Positions 47,189 through 59,000 are shown, counted from the stretch's first letter. The stretch: 64,000 bases of DNA from an uncultured Acidobacteriota bacterium (GCA_963777605.1 CAVZRV010000007.1:448001-512000), one strand, 5' to 3'. Notes: generated by a model from the letters alone, not told the origin. Numbers and translations are program-made.

Positions 47189-48664
47189 CTAAGGTTTGAT
47201 CGGTTCCAACGTCATGGGATCCCGCAGGGGAAGGTGGGTGATCTCGCCGAAATTCTGGAAGCTCGCCTCCGGGTGATCCGGGTGACCCTTCAAAATCTCT
47301 TCGGCGTTGCCCACCACCAGGATGACCAACCGGTCGGGATGGATGTACTTTCTCGCTGCCTCCTGAATGCTGGCCTGATTGACCTTGGCAACGTTGTCCC
47401 GGTAATCGGTCCAGTACGAGTGCGGACGTCCCACCAGTTCGTCTCCGGCATAGAGAGCCGCCGTCTGGATGGCGCTCTCGAACCGGTTGGGAAAGGTTTG
47501 AATAAACGAGTTCCTGGAGGTCTCCAGCTCTTCCTCTCCAACTCCCTGATCCCGCAACTTCTTCATCAGTTCGATTGAAATCTGGGCCGCCCGCGCACAG
47601 GTGGAGGATTTGGACTGAAAGTAGGCCCGGAAGGTGCCCGGATACGTGTTGTTGATGCCGAAACTGGAGCCGGCGGAATAGGCCAGACCTTCATCCGAGC
47701 GCACCCGGGACGTGATCCAGGAGGTAAAGCCTCCGCCGCCCAGGATGTCGTTTCCGACGGTCAGAGAAAATTCGTCGGGAACCGGTCGCATCAAGCCCAT
47801 GTGGCCGATCGAGACGCGGCCCTGGTTGACCTCAGGCTTGTCCACAACATAAACGCCTGGTTTGACCTCTTGAGTCGGTTGCGGCACCTTCGGCGCAACT
47901 TCTCCACGGTCTCCGATCGTTCCAACCGTCCGGTTCAGCCGGGCAATCATCTCCGCCCGGTCGAAATCACCTGCCACTGCCACCACGATGTCTTTGGGGT
48001 TCAGAAGCCTGTTCTGGAAGGCGACCAGGTCGGCCCGCTGGATCGAATCCAACGAAGCCCTGGTTGGAAGTCGATTGAGCCAGTAGTCCTCCCCGTAGAG
48101 CAACCGGCTCCACTCCCGTCCCTCGATGGCAGCGGTGCTGTCGTTGCGCTCCTTCATAGCTGAGAGCAGGTCTTCCTTTGATTTCGCCAGTCGCGAATCG
48201 TCGAACCGAGGTCGCAAAAGGACGTCCATGAACAGCTGAAGGCCATGATCGAGATCCTTCGAGAGCAGGTTCATCGAGACACTCCCGGTGGTGCCTCCAA
48301 TCGACGTACCCAGCCGGGCAGCGAGAAAATCGATTTCCTCGTCCAGTTCAGCCGGCCCAAGATCTCCCGCTCCTCCGGTTCTCCAGACCATACCTGTGAG
48401 ATCGGCGAGCCCTTCCATTCCGGCTGTTTCGAGATACTGTCCTCCACGAAAGTAGAGCTGGACAGTCACCAGCGGGAACTGTCTATCCGCCAGGATGTAA
48501 ACCGGAATGCCGTTGGTCAGCTCCACTCTCATGGCCGCGGCATCCGGCACCTTGAAGCTGATGGGAGGAAATTCCAGCTTCTCGGGCCGATCGGGGATCT
48601 CGCCGGCGAAAACCGCCAGCACCGTGCAGAGAAGGACAATCGGCATCAGGATTCTTGCTCTCAT
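47189..48664 (-). CDS. M16 family peptidase, non-catalytic subunit
   Basis: No HxxEH; ILGGGGFTSW...VRSDEGLAYS; signal peptide. Confidence 0.9.
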   Translation of the reverse strand: MRARILMPIVLLCTVLAVFAGEIPDRPEKLEFPPISFKVPDAAAMRVELTNGIPVYILADRQFPLVTVQLYFRGGQYLETAGMEGLADLTGMVWRTGGAGDLGPAELDEEIDFLAARLGTSIGGTTGSVSMNLLSKDLDHGLQLFMDVLLRPRFDDSRLAKSKEDLLSAMKERNDSTAAIEGREWSRLLYGEDYWLNRLPTRASLDSIQRADLVAFQNRLLNPKDIVVAVAGDFDRAEMIARLNRTVGTIGDRGEVAPKVPQPTQEVKPGVYVVDKPEVNQGRVSIGHMGLMRPVPDEFSLTVGNDILGGGGFTSWITSRVRSDEGLAYSAGSSFGINNTYPGTFRAYFQSKSSTCARAAQISIELMKKLRDQGVGEEELETSRNSFIQTFPNRFESAIQTAALYAGDELVGRPHSYWTDYRDNVAKVNQASIQEAARKYIHPDRLVILVVGNAEEILKGHPDHPEASFQNFGEITHLPLRDPMTLEPIKP

Positions 48665-48665
48665 A

Positions 48666-50408
48666 TCAGTTCCCTCCCTCAGATGACTTCAATTCGTCGA
48701 TTCGTTCCTGGATTTTTCGCGCCAGATACTCCACCGCAGGTTTCATCTGGGGAGGCACCTGGGACAACATCTGCTGGGTTTGTGCCAGTCCGGCCTCGAG
48801 CTTTGAAGAGTCGGTCTCTGCCTGGATCTGGTTCAACTGGGCCTTGATCATCTGCTGGACCTGGGGAGGCATGGCGGCCAGTTCCGGATCCTCCGGCTCG
48901 GTTCCACTCTTCCGTTGGTACCAGGCGATGTTCTGGTTGTCTTCGGTCAGGTACTGTTCCGCGACAGTCTGAATCTGCTCGGCGGTCACGGCCTGGAGCC
49001 GGGCGGACGAATCGTTCAGATAATGCCAGTCGCCACTGGCGTCGTAGAAAAGCAACTGCACAAGAAGAAAGAAGTTGCTCTGCAACCGGCGGAATGAATC
49101 GGCAAGCTCGTTGTTCTTGAGCTTCTGCAACTCGTGATCGCCGATCAGGTCGGACTTGAGTTTCTCGACTTCCTCGAGGATTGCGGCTTCCACCTCCTGG
49201 TGAGTCCGGCCGTCCTTCACTTCGGCGGAAATCACCAGGGACCCGGCATACTTCTGGGTGTCCAGGCTGGCTCTGGGCTGCCCTACTGCGACCTGCTTGT
49301 CTTCCACCAGGGCCTTGTAGAGGCGGCCGGTACGGCCATTGAGAGCGGAGACCAGGAGTTCCAGGGGGAAAGTGTCCTTGTTGTTGAAGGCAGGGGAATG
49401 AAACTCGACCGTGACACTCGGGTTGGTATCCGCTTCACCCACCAGCCGCTTCGCGGCCCGCTGCGGGATCTCAAAGGTGATCATTTCCGGAGGATCGACC
49501 TTACCCCGCGGAATCCGGCCGAAGTAGCGTTCCGCCATCGCCACCGCGTCGTCTCCGTTGACGTCACCTACAATGACCGCCGTTACGTTGTTGGGAGCGT
49601 AGAAGATGTTGAAGTAGTCTTCAGCCTGTTGTCGGGTGATCGATTCCACGTCGGACGCCCACCCGATCACCGGCCAGGTGTACGGAATCGACTGCCAGAA
49701 CATCGCCCGGAACTGTTCGTCGAGTTCCCCGGTCGGAGTGGACTCGACGCGCAGGCGCCGCTCCTCACGGACCACGTCCCGCTCGGAGTAGAACTCCCGG
49801 AACACCGGGTTCAGCAGGCGGTCCGACTCCAGCCACATCCAGAGTTCGAGCTTGTTGGATGGAACGGTGATGAAGTAGAGCGTCAAGTCCTCAGTAGTCC
49901 CGGCATTCAGACCGGCTCCGCCTTCACGAGTATAGATCTGATCGAGCTCATCTTTGACGATCAGCTTCTTCTCTTCGGCGAAAGACTTTTCCAGTTCCGC
50001 CCGAAGCTCCTTGAGACGATCGGTCCGATTATCCGGGTCGTAGATGCTGCCTGAAATCTCGCCGAGCAGAAGTTTCTTCCTCAGGAGGCTGTACTCCTTT
50101 TCCATTTCGGCGAAGATGGCATCCTGCTGACGCTGGATCTCCATCCCCTTTTCGTAGTCCTTGGTCCCGATCGTCTTGGTCCCCTTGAACATCATGTGTT
50201 CAAAAAGGTGAGAAATGCCCGTGATTCCGGGCCTCTCGTTGACCGACCCAACGTGGGCCACCCACCCGCAGGCGATCGTGGGAGAATCGTGGCGTTCGAC
50301 AACGAGCAGCGTCATGCCATTGGAAAGGGTCTCTTCCCTGACATCAACCTGCTGCGCCCAAGCCGAAACCACCAACCAGGGTAAAAGCAGCAACCCAATT
50401 CGCTTCAT
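48666..50408 (-). CDS. M16 family zinc peptidase, catalytic subunit
   Basis: GISHLFEHMMFKGT (HxxEH); LNAGT; ERDVVREERR; start ATG 50408 with signal peptide. Confidence 0.93.
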   Translation of the reverse strand: MKRIGLLLLPWLVVSAWAQQVDVREETLSNGMTLLVVERHDSPTIACGWVAHVGSVNERPGITGISHLFEHMMFKGTKTIGTKDYEKGMEIQRQQDAIFAEMEKEYSLLRKKLLLGEISGSIYDPDNRTDRLKELRAELEKSFAEEKKLIVKDELDQIYTREGGAGLNAGTTEDLTLYFITVPSNKLELWMWLESDRLLNPVFREFYSERDVVREERRLRVESTPTGELDEQFRAMFWQSIPYTWPVIGWASDVESITRQQAEDYFNIFYAPNNVTAVIVGDVNGDDAVAMAERYFGRIPRGKVDPPEMITFEIPQRAAKRLVGEADTNPSVTVEFHSPAFNNKDTFPLELLVSALNGRTGRLYKALVEDKQVAVGQPRASLDTQKYAGSLVISAEVKDGRTHQEVEAAILEEVEKLKSDLIGDHELQKLKNNELADSFRRLQSNFFLLVQLLFYDASGDWHYLNDSSARLQAVTAEQIQTVAEQYLTEDNQNIAWYQRKSGTEPEDPELAAMPPQVQQMIKAQLNQIQAETDSSKLEAGLAQTQQMLSQVPPQMKPAVEYLARKIQERIDELKSSEGGN

Positions 50409-50469
50409 GAGATAGTTCCTCAATTTGAGACTTGCGTCTTCTGACAAGTCCAAGGCCCTGTGGACGAAG

Positions 50470-51114
50470 CTACTCAACCAGCTTCGCTTGAACAATGTAA
50501 TCGAGCTTGGGAAAGTTCTCCCTGAGGTAGGAGTTCCCCTCCTCGGTGATCTGGTCCTGAGAGGGTCCGGGCCCGTTCGGAGCGCCCTCGCCATAGCCCC
50601 CATAGAGAGAATCGACGACGTCCAATCCCTGAGCCACTCGGCCGAAGGGGGAAAACTTCATCTGATCGAGACGGCCATTGTTCGCCAGGTTGATGAAGAG
50701 CTGAGTCGTTCTCGTGTTCGGACCAGCCGTGGCAAAGGTGATGTATCCGCGCAGGTTGGACGTTCTGACGGGATCGTCCGGAATAGTGGCATCTTTCCAC
50801 TTGGCGTTGACTTCGGGATCGCCACTGAGTCCAAACTGGGCCACAAAGCCGTTGATCACCCGAAAAAAGGCCGTGTCGTTGAAGAAGCCGGCCTTCACCA
50901 GGTTGTAAAACCGATCGGCACCACGGGGCGCCCAGTCGCGGACCACCTGCACGGTAAACGGCCCTTTGGTTGTCTCGAACGTGACCTTGAACTGGTCCGG
51001 GGCCTGTTCCGACGCCGCGTCGGGATTGAGAAGCGGAGTCTGGTCACTGGCGCAGGAAGCCAAGGAGAGAATCACGCAGGACAAGAGTATCAGGGTGATG
51101 ACTCGCAAACGCAT
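50470..51114 (-). CDS. Cyclophilin-type peptidyl-prolyl cis-trans isomerase, lipoprotein
   Basis: FETTKG.F, WAP.GADRF, FFRVINGFVAQFG, RTTQLFINL; LASC lipobox. Confidence 0.93.
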   Translation of the reverse strand: MRLRVITLILLSCVILSLASCASDQTPLLNPDAASEQAPDQFKVTFETTKGPFTVQVVRDWAPRGADRFYNLVKAGFFNDTAFFRVINGFVAQFGLSGDPEVNAKWKDATIPDDPVRTSNLRGYITFATAGPNTRTTQLFINLANNGRLDQMKFSPFGRVAQGLDVVDSLYGGYGEGAPNGPGPSQDQITEEGNSYLRENFPKLDYIVQAKLVE

Positions 51115-51166
51115 AGGTACTCCAGGCAATACTGAAATGTAAACGAATTTGAAAGATTTTATGATA

Positions 51167-51418
51167 TCAAAGGGTTGAACATTCAAGCCGACGCCGCACC
51201 GCAGGAATGATAAAAATCCGCGAGAGATCTTCTTTTTGAAGGGTCCGGCAGAGAACTTCGGCCGATGCTGCCGGCGGTCCCGTAGAATTCAGGTAGAGAA
51301 TCCTGGCACCCCGAAGCCGCATGGCTCCTCCCTTGAACTCGCCTGACGCCCATCGCACTTCGATCCCGAGCCGCCCGGCCAGGTCCACCAGTTCATTGAG
51401 AAGATCGGCATCGCTCAC
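51167..51418 (-). CDS. Small conserved hypothetical protein (83 aa)
   Basis: LA.RLGIEVR...F.GG..RLRG...DL..IFI.PAVR pattern; RBS-like GCGGGAA upstream. Confidence 0.7.
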   Translation of the reverse strand: MSDADLLNELVDLAGRLGIEVRWASGEFKGGAMRLRGARILYLNSTGPPAASAEVLCRTLQKEDLSRIFIIPAVRRRLECSTL

Positions 51419-51551
51419 AATATTCCCGCCTATCTGATCATAGACTCCAGCGGTGAACTTTCCTCACATTCGAACACTGGATTGCCCGGATACGTCAGAA
51501 TAGGATGGCAAGGAGACGGCGTTCTCGTTCCCATCAGGAGGTAGAAGGACT

Positions 51552-53606
51552 ATGCGGCAAGGCCTATTTCCCTTATTGATCAGCATCTCACTGACCCTCG
51601 GCATGCAGGCTGCAGAAACCGGGTTCCCCCTCCCGGTTCGCAAGATTGTGCTCTACAAGAGTGGCGTCGGCTACTTCGTCCACGAAGGCCAGGTGTCAGG
51701 TGATCAGAACATCGAAATCCCTCTATCCAGTTCCCAACTCGATGACGTGCTCAAGTCGCTGACGGTGCTGGACCTCAACGGGGGTAGTATTGGAGTCGTC
51801 ACCTACGAGTCGACGGCGCCTATCGCCCACCAAATGGGAGATCTCCCCATCGACTTGAGCTCTACCGCTACCGTGGTAGACGCCCTGAACCAGCTGCGCG
51901 GGGCCAACGTCCGAATGAAGCTGCCCGGCGAGGAACTGGAAGGCAGGATCTTCGGAGCTGAATTCCGCAAAAGCGGCGAACCGGCCGGCAACGACGTCGT
52001 CGTGATGTCTCTCTTCGTCCCCCCTGCCGAGCTCCGGCTGGTCACTCTGGACCAGGTCGGCAGCCTGACGTTTGCGAATTCGGCTCTTGCCAGCGACATT
52101 GGACGGTACCTTGAACTCGAGGGCAACAAGAACGAGCGCAGCCTGCGACGACTCCGATTTCAGGCGGAAGGAACCGGAGAGCGAAACCTGGTTGTCAGCT
52201 ACACCACGGAGGCGCCAATCTGGAAGGCAACTTACCGCATCCTGGTGAGACCCCGACAGAAAGCTCTTCTCCAGGGGTGGGCGATCGTCGACAACACTAC
52301 CCCGATCGATTGGACGAACGTCGAACTTTCTCTCGTTTCCGGGGCTCCGGTCAGTTTCATTCAGCGGCTCTCCGAGCCGGTCTACGCCGACCGCCCGGAG
52401 GTTTCCCTCCCCCGGGGAGTCAGGGTTGCTCCGATGACACACGAGGGCACGATGGAGGACTTGTCCCCGAGTGTAGCGCAGCGCCGGGTTGGAGACGCCG
52501 GCGGAGTCGCCCCTGCCCGGATGGCGACAAAAATGGCGGAAGCTGCCCCGGCTCCGTCGGCCGCCTTGAATGCTTTTTCAACCAGGGCGATCGAAGAAAC
52601 GGCCCGCCCCGCAGCCGAAGCCGGAGCCCTGGCCGAGCAGTTTGAGTACCGCATGAAGGAACCGTTGACGATCAACCGGAACCAATCTGCTTTGCTCCCG
52701 GTTCTGCAGTCCTCGATTTCAGCCGACAAGGTTTCACTTTTCAACGCCACCCGCGACGGTCGAAACCCGCGCCTCGCCCTGTGGCTTCAGAATTCCTCCG
52801 GCCTGACTCTGGACGGCGGGGCGTTCTCGGTGGTCGATGCAGGCGCTTTCGCCGGCGAAGGCCTCTTCAACACCATGCAGCCGGACGAGCGCCGGCTCCT
52901 CACCTATGCCGTCGATCTGGCCGTAGAGGTCAGCACCCGGAATCGATCGGACAGATCGAAAATCGAGTGGGCATCGATTCAGAATGGGGTTCTGAAGTAC
53001 CAGAGCAAGTCGGTGGAGACGCGCAGCTACCTGGTCCGCAACAACGCGGATCAGGCCCGCAACGTGGTGATTGAACACCCCGTGCGTCCCAGTTGGAGCC
53101 TCGCCGGGAAATCAACACCGGTCGAATCCTCAAGCAGTTACTACCGGTTCCAGGTGCCGGTAGAGCCGTCGACAACGGCCACGCTGGAGGTAACGGAAGA
53201 GCATCCCGAAGAGAGCTCCTTTCGCCTGGCAGACCTATCGTCAGACCAGATCGCCATGTGGATCCAGGGCCGGAACCTGGGGACCAGAGTTGAAGCAGCA
53301 CTTGAGCGCCTGGCGGCTAAGCAGGGGCAGATCTCCGGTTTGGAGCGGCAGGTCGCCTCCCTGGCTGAGCAGGAGAGCAATATCGACCGAGATCAGGCCC
53401 GCATCCGGGAGAACCTGGGACGTCTCAGCCGGACCGCCGAGGAGGCCCAACTGCGCCAACGCTATCTCGATCAGCTCTCGGCGCAGGAGGATCGACTCGC
53501 CCAGATCCGAAGTGAAAGAAATGGCCTCGAGGAACAGCGCCGTCAGGCCCGGGAAGAACTGGCCGAGATGATCCGGACCCTCGACATTGGCCGCTCCGAG
53601 AGATGA
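51552..53606 (+). CDS. DUF4139 domain-containing secreted protein
   Basis: LPVRKIVLYKSGVGYF, LDDVLKSL, PIWKATYR, LQGWAIVDNT...DW.NV.LSLVSG.P; C-terminal coiled coil. Confidence 0.88.
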   Translation: MRQGLFPLLISISLTLGMQAAETGFPLPVRKIVLYKSGVGYFVHEGQVSGDQNIEIPLSSSQLDDVLKSLTVLDLNGGSIGVVTYESTAPIAHQMGDLPIDLSSTATVVDALNQLRGANVRMKLPGEELEGRIFGAEFRKSGEPAGNDVVVMSLFVPPAELRLVTLDQVGSLTFANSALASDIGRYLELEGNKNERSLRRLRFQAEGTGERNLVVSYTTEAPIWKATYRILVRPRQKALLQGWAIVDNTTPIDWTNVELSLVSGAPVSFIQRLSEPVYADRPEVSLPRGVRVAPMTHEGTMEDLSPSVAQRRVGDAGGVAPARMATKMAEAAPAPSAALNAFSTRAIEETARPAAEAGALAEQFEYRMKEPLTINRNQSALLPVLQSSISADKVSLFNATRDGRNPRLALWLQNSSGLTLDGGAFSVVDAGAFAGEGLFNTMQPDERRLLTYAVDLAVEVSTRNRSDRSKIEWASIQNGVLKYQSKSVETRSYLVRNNADQARNVVIEHPVRPSWSLAGKSTPVESSSSYYRFQVPVEPSTTATLEVTEEHPEESSFRLADLSSDQIAMWIQGRNLGTRVEAALERLAAKQGQISGLERQVASLAEQESNIDRDQARIRENLGRLSRTAEEAQLRQRYLDQLSAQEDRLAQIRSERNGLEEQRRQAREELAEMIRTLDIGRSER

Positions 53607-53817
53607 GAAACCCCACCGCCACGAGCAATTACCAGGGGAATATCGAACTGACTCAGGGCCGTCGATTCGTGTCTCCCGGTGACCGCCTCGACTGCGGCAT
53701 TTTCGTGTCATCTGTCTGACTTTGTTGCATCCGGTGACTCCCCTCACACGTACCTTCAACCACAAAAAGTATTCTTCTCACCGAGTCTTCTCTGATCTGA
53801 CCATTGGGAGAATTGGA

Positions 53818-54087
53818 ATGAAAGTCGACCTGGACGAACTCACAAAAGACATTGAGGCTGAACTGAAGGGATTGGAAACACGAAGCCACGTCCTGACGAA
53901 ACGCCTGGAACTGATCAAGGGGGTCAAGGATATCGTCGAGGAAGCCCTCAGCGACTCCGAGGACTTCCGCATTCAAAAGGCACTGGAACGGATGTCGGGT
54001 GAATCTGCGGATGAATCCGAGGACAAGGAAAAGGAGGAAGGCCTGGAAGAAGAAGATCCTCCTCTGCGGATTGCCTTCGGGAACTAG
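53818..54087 (+). CDS. Small acidic coiled-coil hypothetical protein (89 aa)
   Basis: GGGAGA RBS; heptad pattern followed by a Glu/Asp-rich tail. Confidence 0.65.
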   Translation: MKVDLDELTKDIEAELKGLETRSHVLTKRLELIKGVKDIVEEALSDSEDFRIQKALERMSGESADESEDKEKEEGLEEEDPPLRIAFGN

Positions 54088-54099
54088 ACCGGGCGTTCG

Positions 54100-55149
54100 T
54101 CAAATTCCCAGTCCGTCCAGGTTGTACTGTTCCCGGTACTTGGGGGGAACGTAAATGTAACTCTCCTCGACCAAGGTCTTCATGAAAGTTTCGACCTCCG
54201 GCTCGGATTTCTCTTCGTAGAGGTGCTCGGAGATTTGTGGCCTGACATCCTGGAGGGGCTTTACCGCGGCGTCCGATCGTTCGACAACCTGGACAATCTG
54301 GTAACCGTAATCGGTTTCCACGATGTCGCTGAACGACCCTACCGGGATTTCGAATACCACCGCTTCGAGGGCTGAATTCATCGATCCCTTCCGGAAGGTC
54401 CCAATGTCTCCTCCTTTGGAGGCGGTCGGGCCTTCCGACACTTCTTTGGCCACGGTCGTGAAATCTTCCCCAGCTTTCAGGCGCTTCAGCGCTTCTTCCG
54501 CCTTCTTGTGAACGGCGGCCGTATCCTTCCCCTCGGTCAGAAAAAGAATCTCTGCGAGGTGAACTTCACCCGGAACCATAAAGTCCTCCTGATGGGCCTG
54601 GTAATAAGCTTCAACTTCTGAAGTCAGGAGGGTGATCTTCGAATAGACATACTGTTGGAGCAAGTTGCGCGTGATCATCTGCTCCTTTATCCGGTCACGG
54701 TATTCCTGCAGGGAACTACCCCGCTGCCGGAAATACTGGTCGAGCACCTCAAGGCTGGGAATTCCTGCCTCCTTGCGCATCTCCTCCAGGTATGTAGACA
54801 CATCCATGTCGATGTCCGCCGTGATACCAAGCTCCTCGGCTTTCTGCACCATGAGCTTGGTTTGGATGACGTATCTCAGCATGTTGCGCTTGCGCTCCTG
54901 AAAGACCTTCTCCAACTCGTCAGGATCTTTGGCGTCCTGCCCCAGTTCCACGCGAAGCTGTTTCAACGTCCGTTTGAGATCGGTCAGGGTGATGATTTCG
55001 TTGTTAACTTTGGCCACGATCTCATCGAGGACCACGGGTTCCTGGGGCTCTTCCGCGGGCTTGTCCTGAGCCCAGGCCAGCCCCCCACCCATGCCGGCGA
55101 ACTGAATTGCGAGGGCAACGTGCCAAAGCTTTTTAGTGAGTGATTTCAT
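54100..55149 (-). CDS. SurA-like parvulin peptidyl-prolyl isomerase/chaperone
   Basis: IVAKVNNEIIT; GEDF..VAK..SE.P....GGDIG.F; TDYGYQIV. Confidence 0.9.
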   Translation of the reverse strand: MKSLTKKLWHVALAIQFAGMGGGLAWAQDKPAEEPQEPVVLDEIVAKVNNEIITLTDLKRTLKQLRVELGQDAKDPDELEKVFQERKRNMLRYVIQTKLMVQKAEELGITADIDMDVSTYLEEMRKEAGIPSLEVLDQYFRQRGSSLQEYRDRIKEQMITRNLLQQYVYSKITLLTSEVEAYYQAHQEDFMVPGEVHLAEILFLTEGKDTAAVHKKAEEALKRLKAGEDFTTVAKEVSEGPTASKGGDIGTFRKGSMNSALEAVVFEIPVGSFSDIVETDYGYQIVQVVERSDAAVKPLQDVRPQISEHLYEEKSEPEVETFMKTLVEESYIYVPPKYREQYNLDGLGI

Positions 55150-56086
55150 TGACTTGTCTCTCCACTCTGTCGAATCTCAAATTATCCTTCAGGATGTCAA
55201 TTTGAGCGCTCTTGAAAAGATTGGAAATGTACTCGTCGACTGCTTTCCGCTCTTTTTCGGATGTCAGCCTTTCGAAAATCTCGTCTTTGACTTCGTAGAA
55301 CTTCTCCTCGTGTGCGGGAACCCACTCTTCCATCGCGAACAGATGGTAACCGTAATCAGAGTGAAAAGGCTCGCTGACTTCACCCGGCTTCAGGGCAAAA
55401 ACGACCTTTTCAAATTCCTCCGGCAGCTCTCCGCGCTCATATACTCCGAGGCTTCCTCCCGATTGAGCCGTCACACCGATCGAATGCTCCTGGGCCAGTT
55501 GCTTGAAGCGGCTTAGGTCTCCGTCTTTCACCTCAGCCCGAATCCGTTCCGCCTCCTCGCGGCTCTCGGCCAGGATTTCCAGAACCCGAGCGAGATCGCC
55601 CACTTTGAATTCGTCAGTATGCTCCTCGTAGTACTGCTGCAATTCCCTCAGCGTCACGTTTACCTTGGATGCGGCTTCCTCCTTCAGGACCTTCTGCATA
55701 AGCAGGAACTGATAGATGTACTCGGAGAAACCCGGCTCCATCAGACTGTCATTCGGGGTCCACTCGCTCAAGAATCGGTCCACCTCGTCTTCGCCGACTG
55801 TAATCCCCTTCTTCTTGGCTTCCTGAACCAGCAGGCGGGCAGTCAGAAAATCGTGAAAAAGTTCATCTTCTGGCACAGGGCTCGGATCTTCTTCTAACTC
55901 GCCCCTCGAGTAATTGAGGAACGTCTGGAAATCGGAAGCCATCACCGTTTCGCCGTTCACCACCGCGATCGCCTCTGCGGCGGCGGTTTGGTCGCCACCA
56001 TCCCCAGCGTCTCCGAACCCGCATCCTGACAGCAGAATCGAAACTGCCAGCACTGTTACTGTTACACCCGTCCAACTACTGCTCAT
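55133..56086 (-). CDS. PrsA/PpiC-type parvulin peptidyl-prolyl isomerase, lipoprotein
   Basis: LSGC lipobox; AVVNGE; F..LA.EHS...GGSLG; SDYGYHLF. Confidence 0.9.
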   Translation of the reverse strand: MSSSWTGVTVTVLAVSILLSGCGFGDAGDGGDQTAAAEAIAVVNGETVMASDFQTFLNYSRGELEEDPSPVPEDELFHDFLTARLLVQEAKKKGITVGEDEVDRFLSEWTPNDSLMEPGFSEYIYQFLLMQKVLKEEAASKVNVTLRELQQYYEEHTDEFKVGDLARVLEILAESREEAERIRAEVKDGDLSRFKQLAQEHSIGVTAQSGGSLGVYERGELPEEFEKVVFALKPGEVSEPFHSDYGYHLFAMEEWVPAHEEKFYEVKDEIFERLTSEKERKAVDEYISNLFKSAQIDILKDNLRFDRVERQVNEITH

Positions 56087-59000
56087 CGGTCAACGCAGAC
56101 AAAATCCCAAAAGCCTTCTCAAACAGTGCCGAGGGAACCGCTCCATTTATAGATGCTACCAGAGCCCCGTCAGTTGAAAAGTTCAGCGAGGAATCTGAGC
56201 CCACCAGGCGAATCACCGTGTCGGGCGAGACCGGCGTGTCTTCCCGGAACTTGAAGCGGAGCTTGTCTCCTTTCCGCTCGATCGCGGTGAGTTTCAGAGA
56301 CTGGGCGATGATCCGAAGCCGGGCATACTCGAACAGGTTGGCAACAGCCTTGGGGTACTTGCCGAAGCGATCCAGGGTTTCTTCCCGCAGACTCTGCAGG
56401 CGAGTCTCGTCGTTGATCTGGGAAAGGCGCTTGTAGAGCCACAGCCGGGTGTTGGAGTCTTCGATGTAGTACTCGGGAATCTGGATATCCATTCGAAGAT
56501 CGACCGCCGTGTGAAGTTCTTCACCCGTCGGTTCCCCCTTGAGCTCGCGAATCGTCTGCTCGAGGAGCTTCATGTACAGCTCGAAGCCGACCGCTTCGAT
56601 ATGGCCGCTCTGCTCGCCTCCGAGCAGATTTCCGGCGCCTCTAATCTCCAGGTCCATGGCCGCGAGCCGAAAGCCGGATCCCAGGTCGCTGAACTCCTTG
56701 ATTGCGGCGAGCCGCTTGCGGGCATCTTCGGTGAGACGGTCTTCATCGGAAACCAGCAGATAGGCATAAGCCCGACGGCTCGAGCGCCCCACTCGCCCCC
56801 TGAGCTGGTACAGCTGCGAGAGCCCGAAACGATCCGCCCGGTTAACGATGATGGTATTGGCACGTGGAATGTCGAGACCATTCTCAATGATGGTCGTGCA
56901 CACGAGAACGTCGCTCTTGTGGTTCAGAAAATTGAGCATGACTTTTTCCAGACTCTCGTCAGGCATCTGGCCGTGCGCTACGGCGATGCGCGCCTCCGGC
57001 ACGTAGCGGTGGATCGTCTGGGCCATGGACTCGATTGTCTCGACCGAGTTATGGAGAAAGAATACCTGGCCGGACCGCTTCAGCTCCAGGTCGATCGCGC
57101 TGCGAATGATCTGCCCGGAGAACTTCACCACCACCGTCTGAATGGCGAGCCGATCCTTGGGAGCCGTCTCAATGATGGACAGGTCACGGATCCCAACCAG
57201 CGACATGTTCAGAGTCCGCGGTATTGGGGTGGCGGAAAGGGTCAGCACATCGACGTGGGCCTTCAGCTTCTTGAGGCGTTCTTTCTGGGCCACACCAAAA
57301 CGCTGCTCCTCGTCAACGACGATCAGCCCGAGGTCGTTGAACTTGACATCGCGGGAAAGAAGCCGGTGAGTGCCAATCAGGATGTCCGCCATCCCGAGTT
57401 CCACCTTCTCCGCGACTTCTTTCTGCTCCTGACGTCCCAGAAATCGACTCAACATCTCAATTCGCACAGGGAAACCCTTGAATCGGTCCCGAAAGGTGGC
57501 GAAGTGCTGAAATGCAAGCACGGTTGTAGGGGTCAGAACGGCCACCTGCTTGCCGTCGTTGACCGCCTTGAGCGCAGCCCGCATGGCGACCTCCGTCTTC
57601 CCGTAGCCGACATCACCACAGATGAGCCGATCCATCGGCCGACTCGACTCCATGTCCTTCTTACAGGACGCGATAGCGGTCGCCTGGTCGGGAGTTTCCT
57701 GGTACTCAAAGGCGGCCTCGAATTCACGGACGAGCTCGTCGTCGGGCGCATAGGCATGGCCTTCCGAGACTTCCCTCTTGGCGTACAGCTTCAACAGGTC
57801 CTCGGCCAGGTCCTGCATCGACTTCTTGATCCTGGCCTTGGTTTTCTTCCAGGAAGTACCCCCAAGACGGTCAACCTGGGGCTTCGCCCCTCCGGCGGAT
57901 GAGTACTTCTGGATCAGATCGAGTCGATCAACCGGTACGTAGAGGCGCCCGCCGCCGGCATACTCGAGAATGACGAACTCGCCGGTCTGCGCCCCAACTC
58001 CGATCTGCTTCAAGCCCCGGAACGCGCCGATCCCATGATCGAGATGGACAACGAAATCACCGTCATGGAGATCACGAAAGTCGGAAATAAAAGCGCCCAT
58101 CTGGTCGGCGAACCGCGGTCCGTCGGTCCTGCGAGACTCCTCGGTCTTGCCGAAAACTTCCGGCTCGGTGATCACCTGCAAACCGAGTGCATGACTCGAA
58201 AAGCCGGCGACGAGCCGCCCCGTCGTCACCGCGACCGGGTGAGCCAGGCTGGCATGAAATCCGCGGGGGACCTGGGCAATTCCGATTTCATACTCGCGGA
58301 AGATTTCCGCAAGCCGCTCCATCATCCCCTTGCTCCGCATCACGAAGACAACCTGGCGACCCGAGAGACGGGCCCGCTCTACCTCGTCGAGAACTTCCTG
58401 GACCTTCCCCTTGAACGGCAAGAGAGGTCGGAAATCGAACCTCTCCGTTTCGCGGCCATGAGTTGCCAGCTTCTCAACCTGGAACGGCCGAAGCGGATCG
58501 AGCATCTGCTTCAACTCTCCGACACTGAAATAGAACGTCTCAGGAGGAAGTGACAGCGTCCCCTCCAGGTCACAGTCCTGGTGACTCTCCTGGGCTTTGG
58601 TCCAGACCTGCTTCACGATGGACTCCAGCTCATCAGGCTCATTCAGAATCAGCCGGGGTACTCCGCTGTCCGAATGCAGGAAGTCCAGGATCCCGCTTGT
58701 CAGCGGACTGACCAGGGGGAAAAGGAACTCGAAACCGTTGAAGAGTTCGCCGTTCTCGGTGAACTGCCGCAGATCGGAAAGCTGTTCGGCAAACCGGACC
58801 TCGTTCCAGTGTTCCGGGGCCGTCCTATGCCACTCCTCAACCTGCTCTCGAGAAGGGCACATCTCTCGCATGGGAACGATTTCGCAGTCCCGGATCAGGC
58901 CTACCGAACGCTGCGTGGCAGGATCGAATTTCCGGATCGACTCCACCTCATCTCCGAAAAACTCGACCCGAACCGGCGTGTCGTAGGACGGGGAGTAAAC

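Noticed and set aside
51472-51496. ECF-sigma-like promoter GAAC-N17-CGTC upstream of the DUF4139 gene
   Set aside because: The motif is too short to distinguish from chance without TSS data
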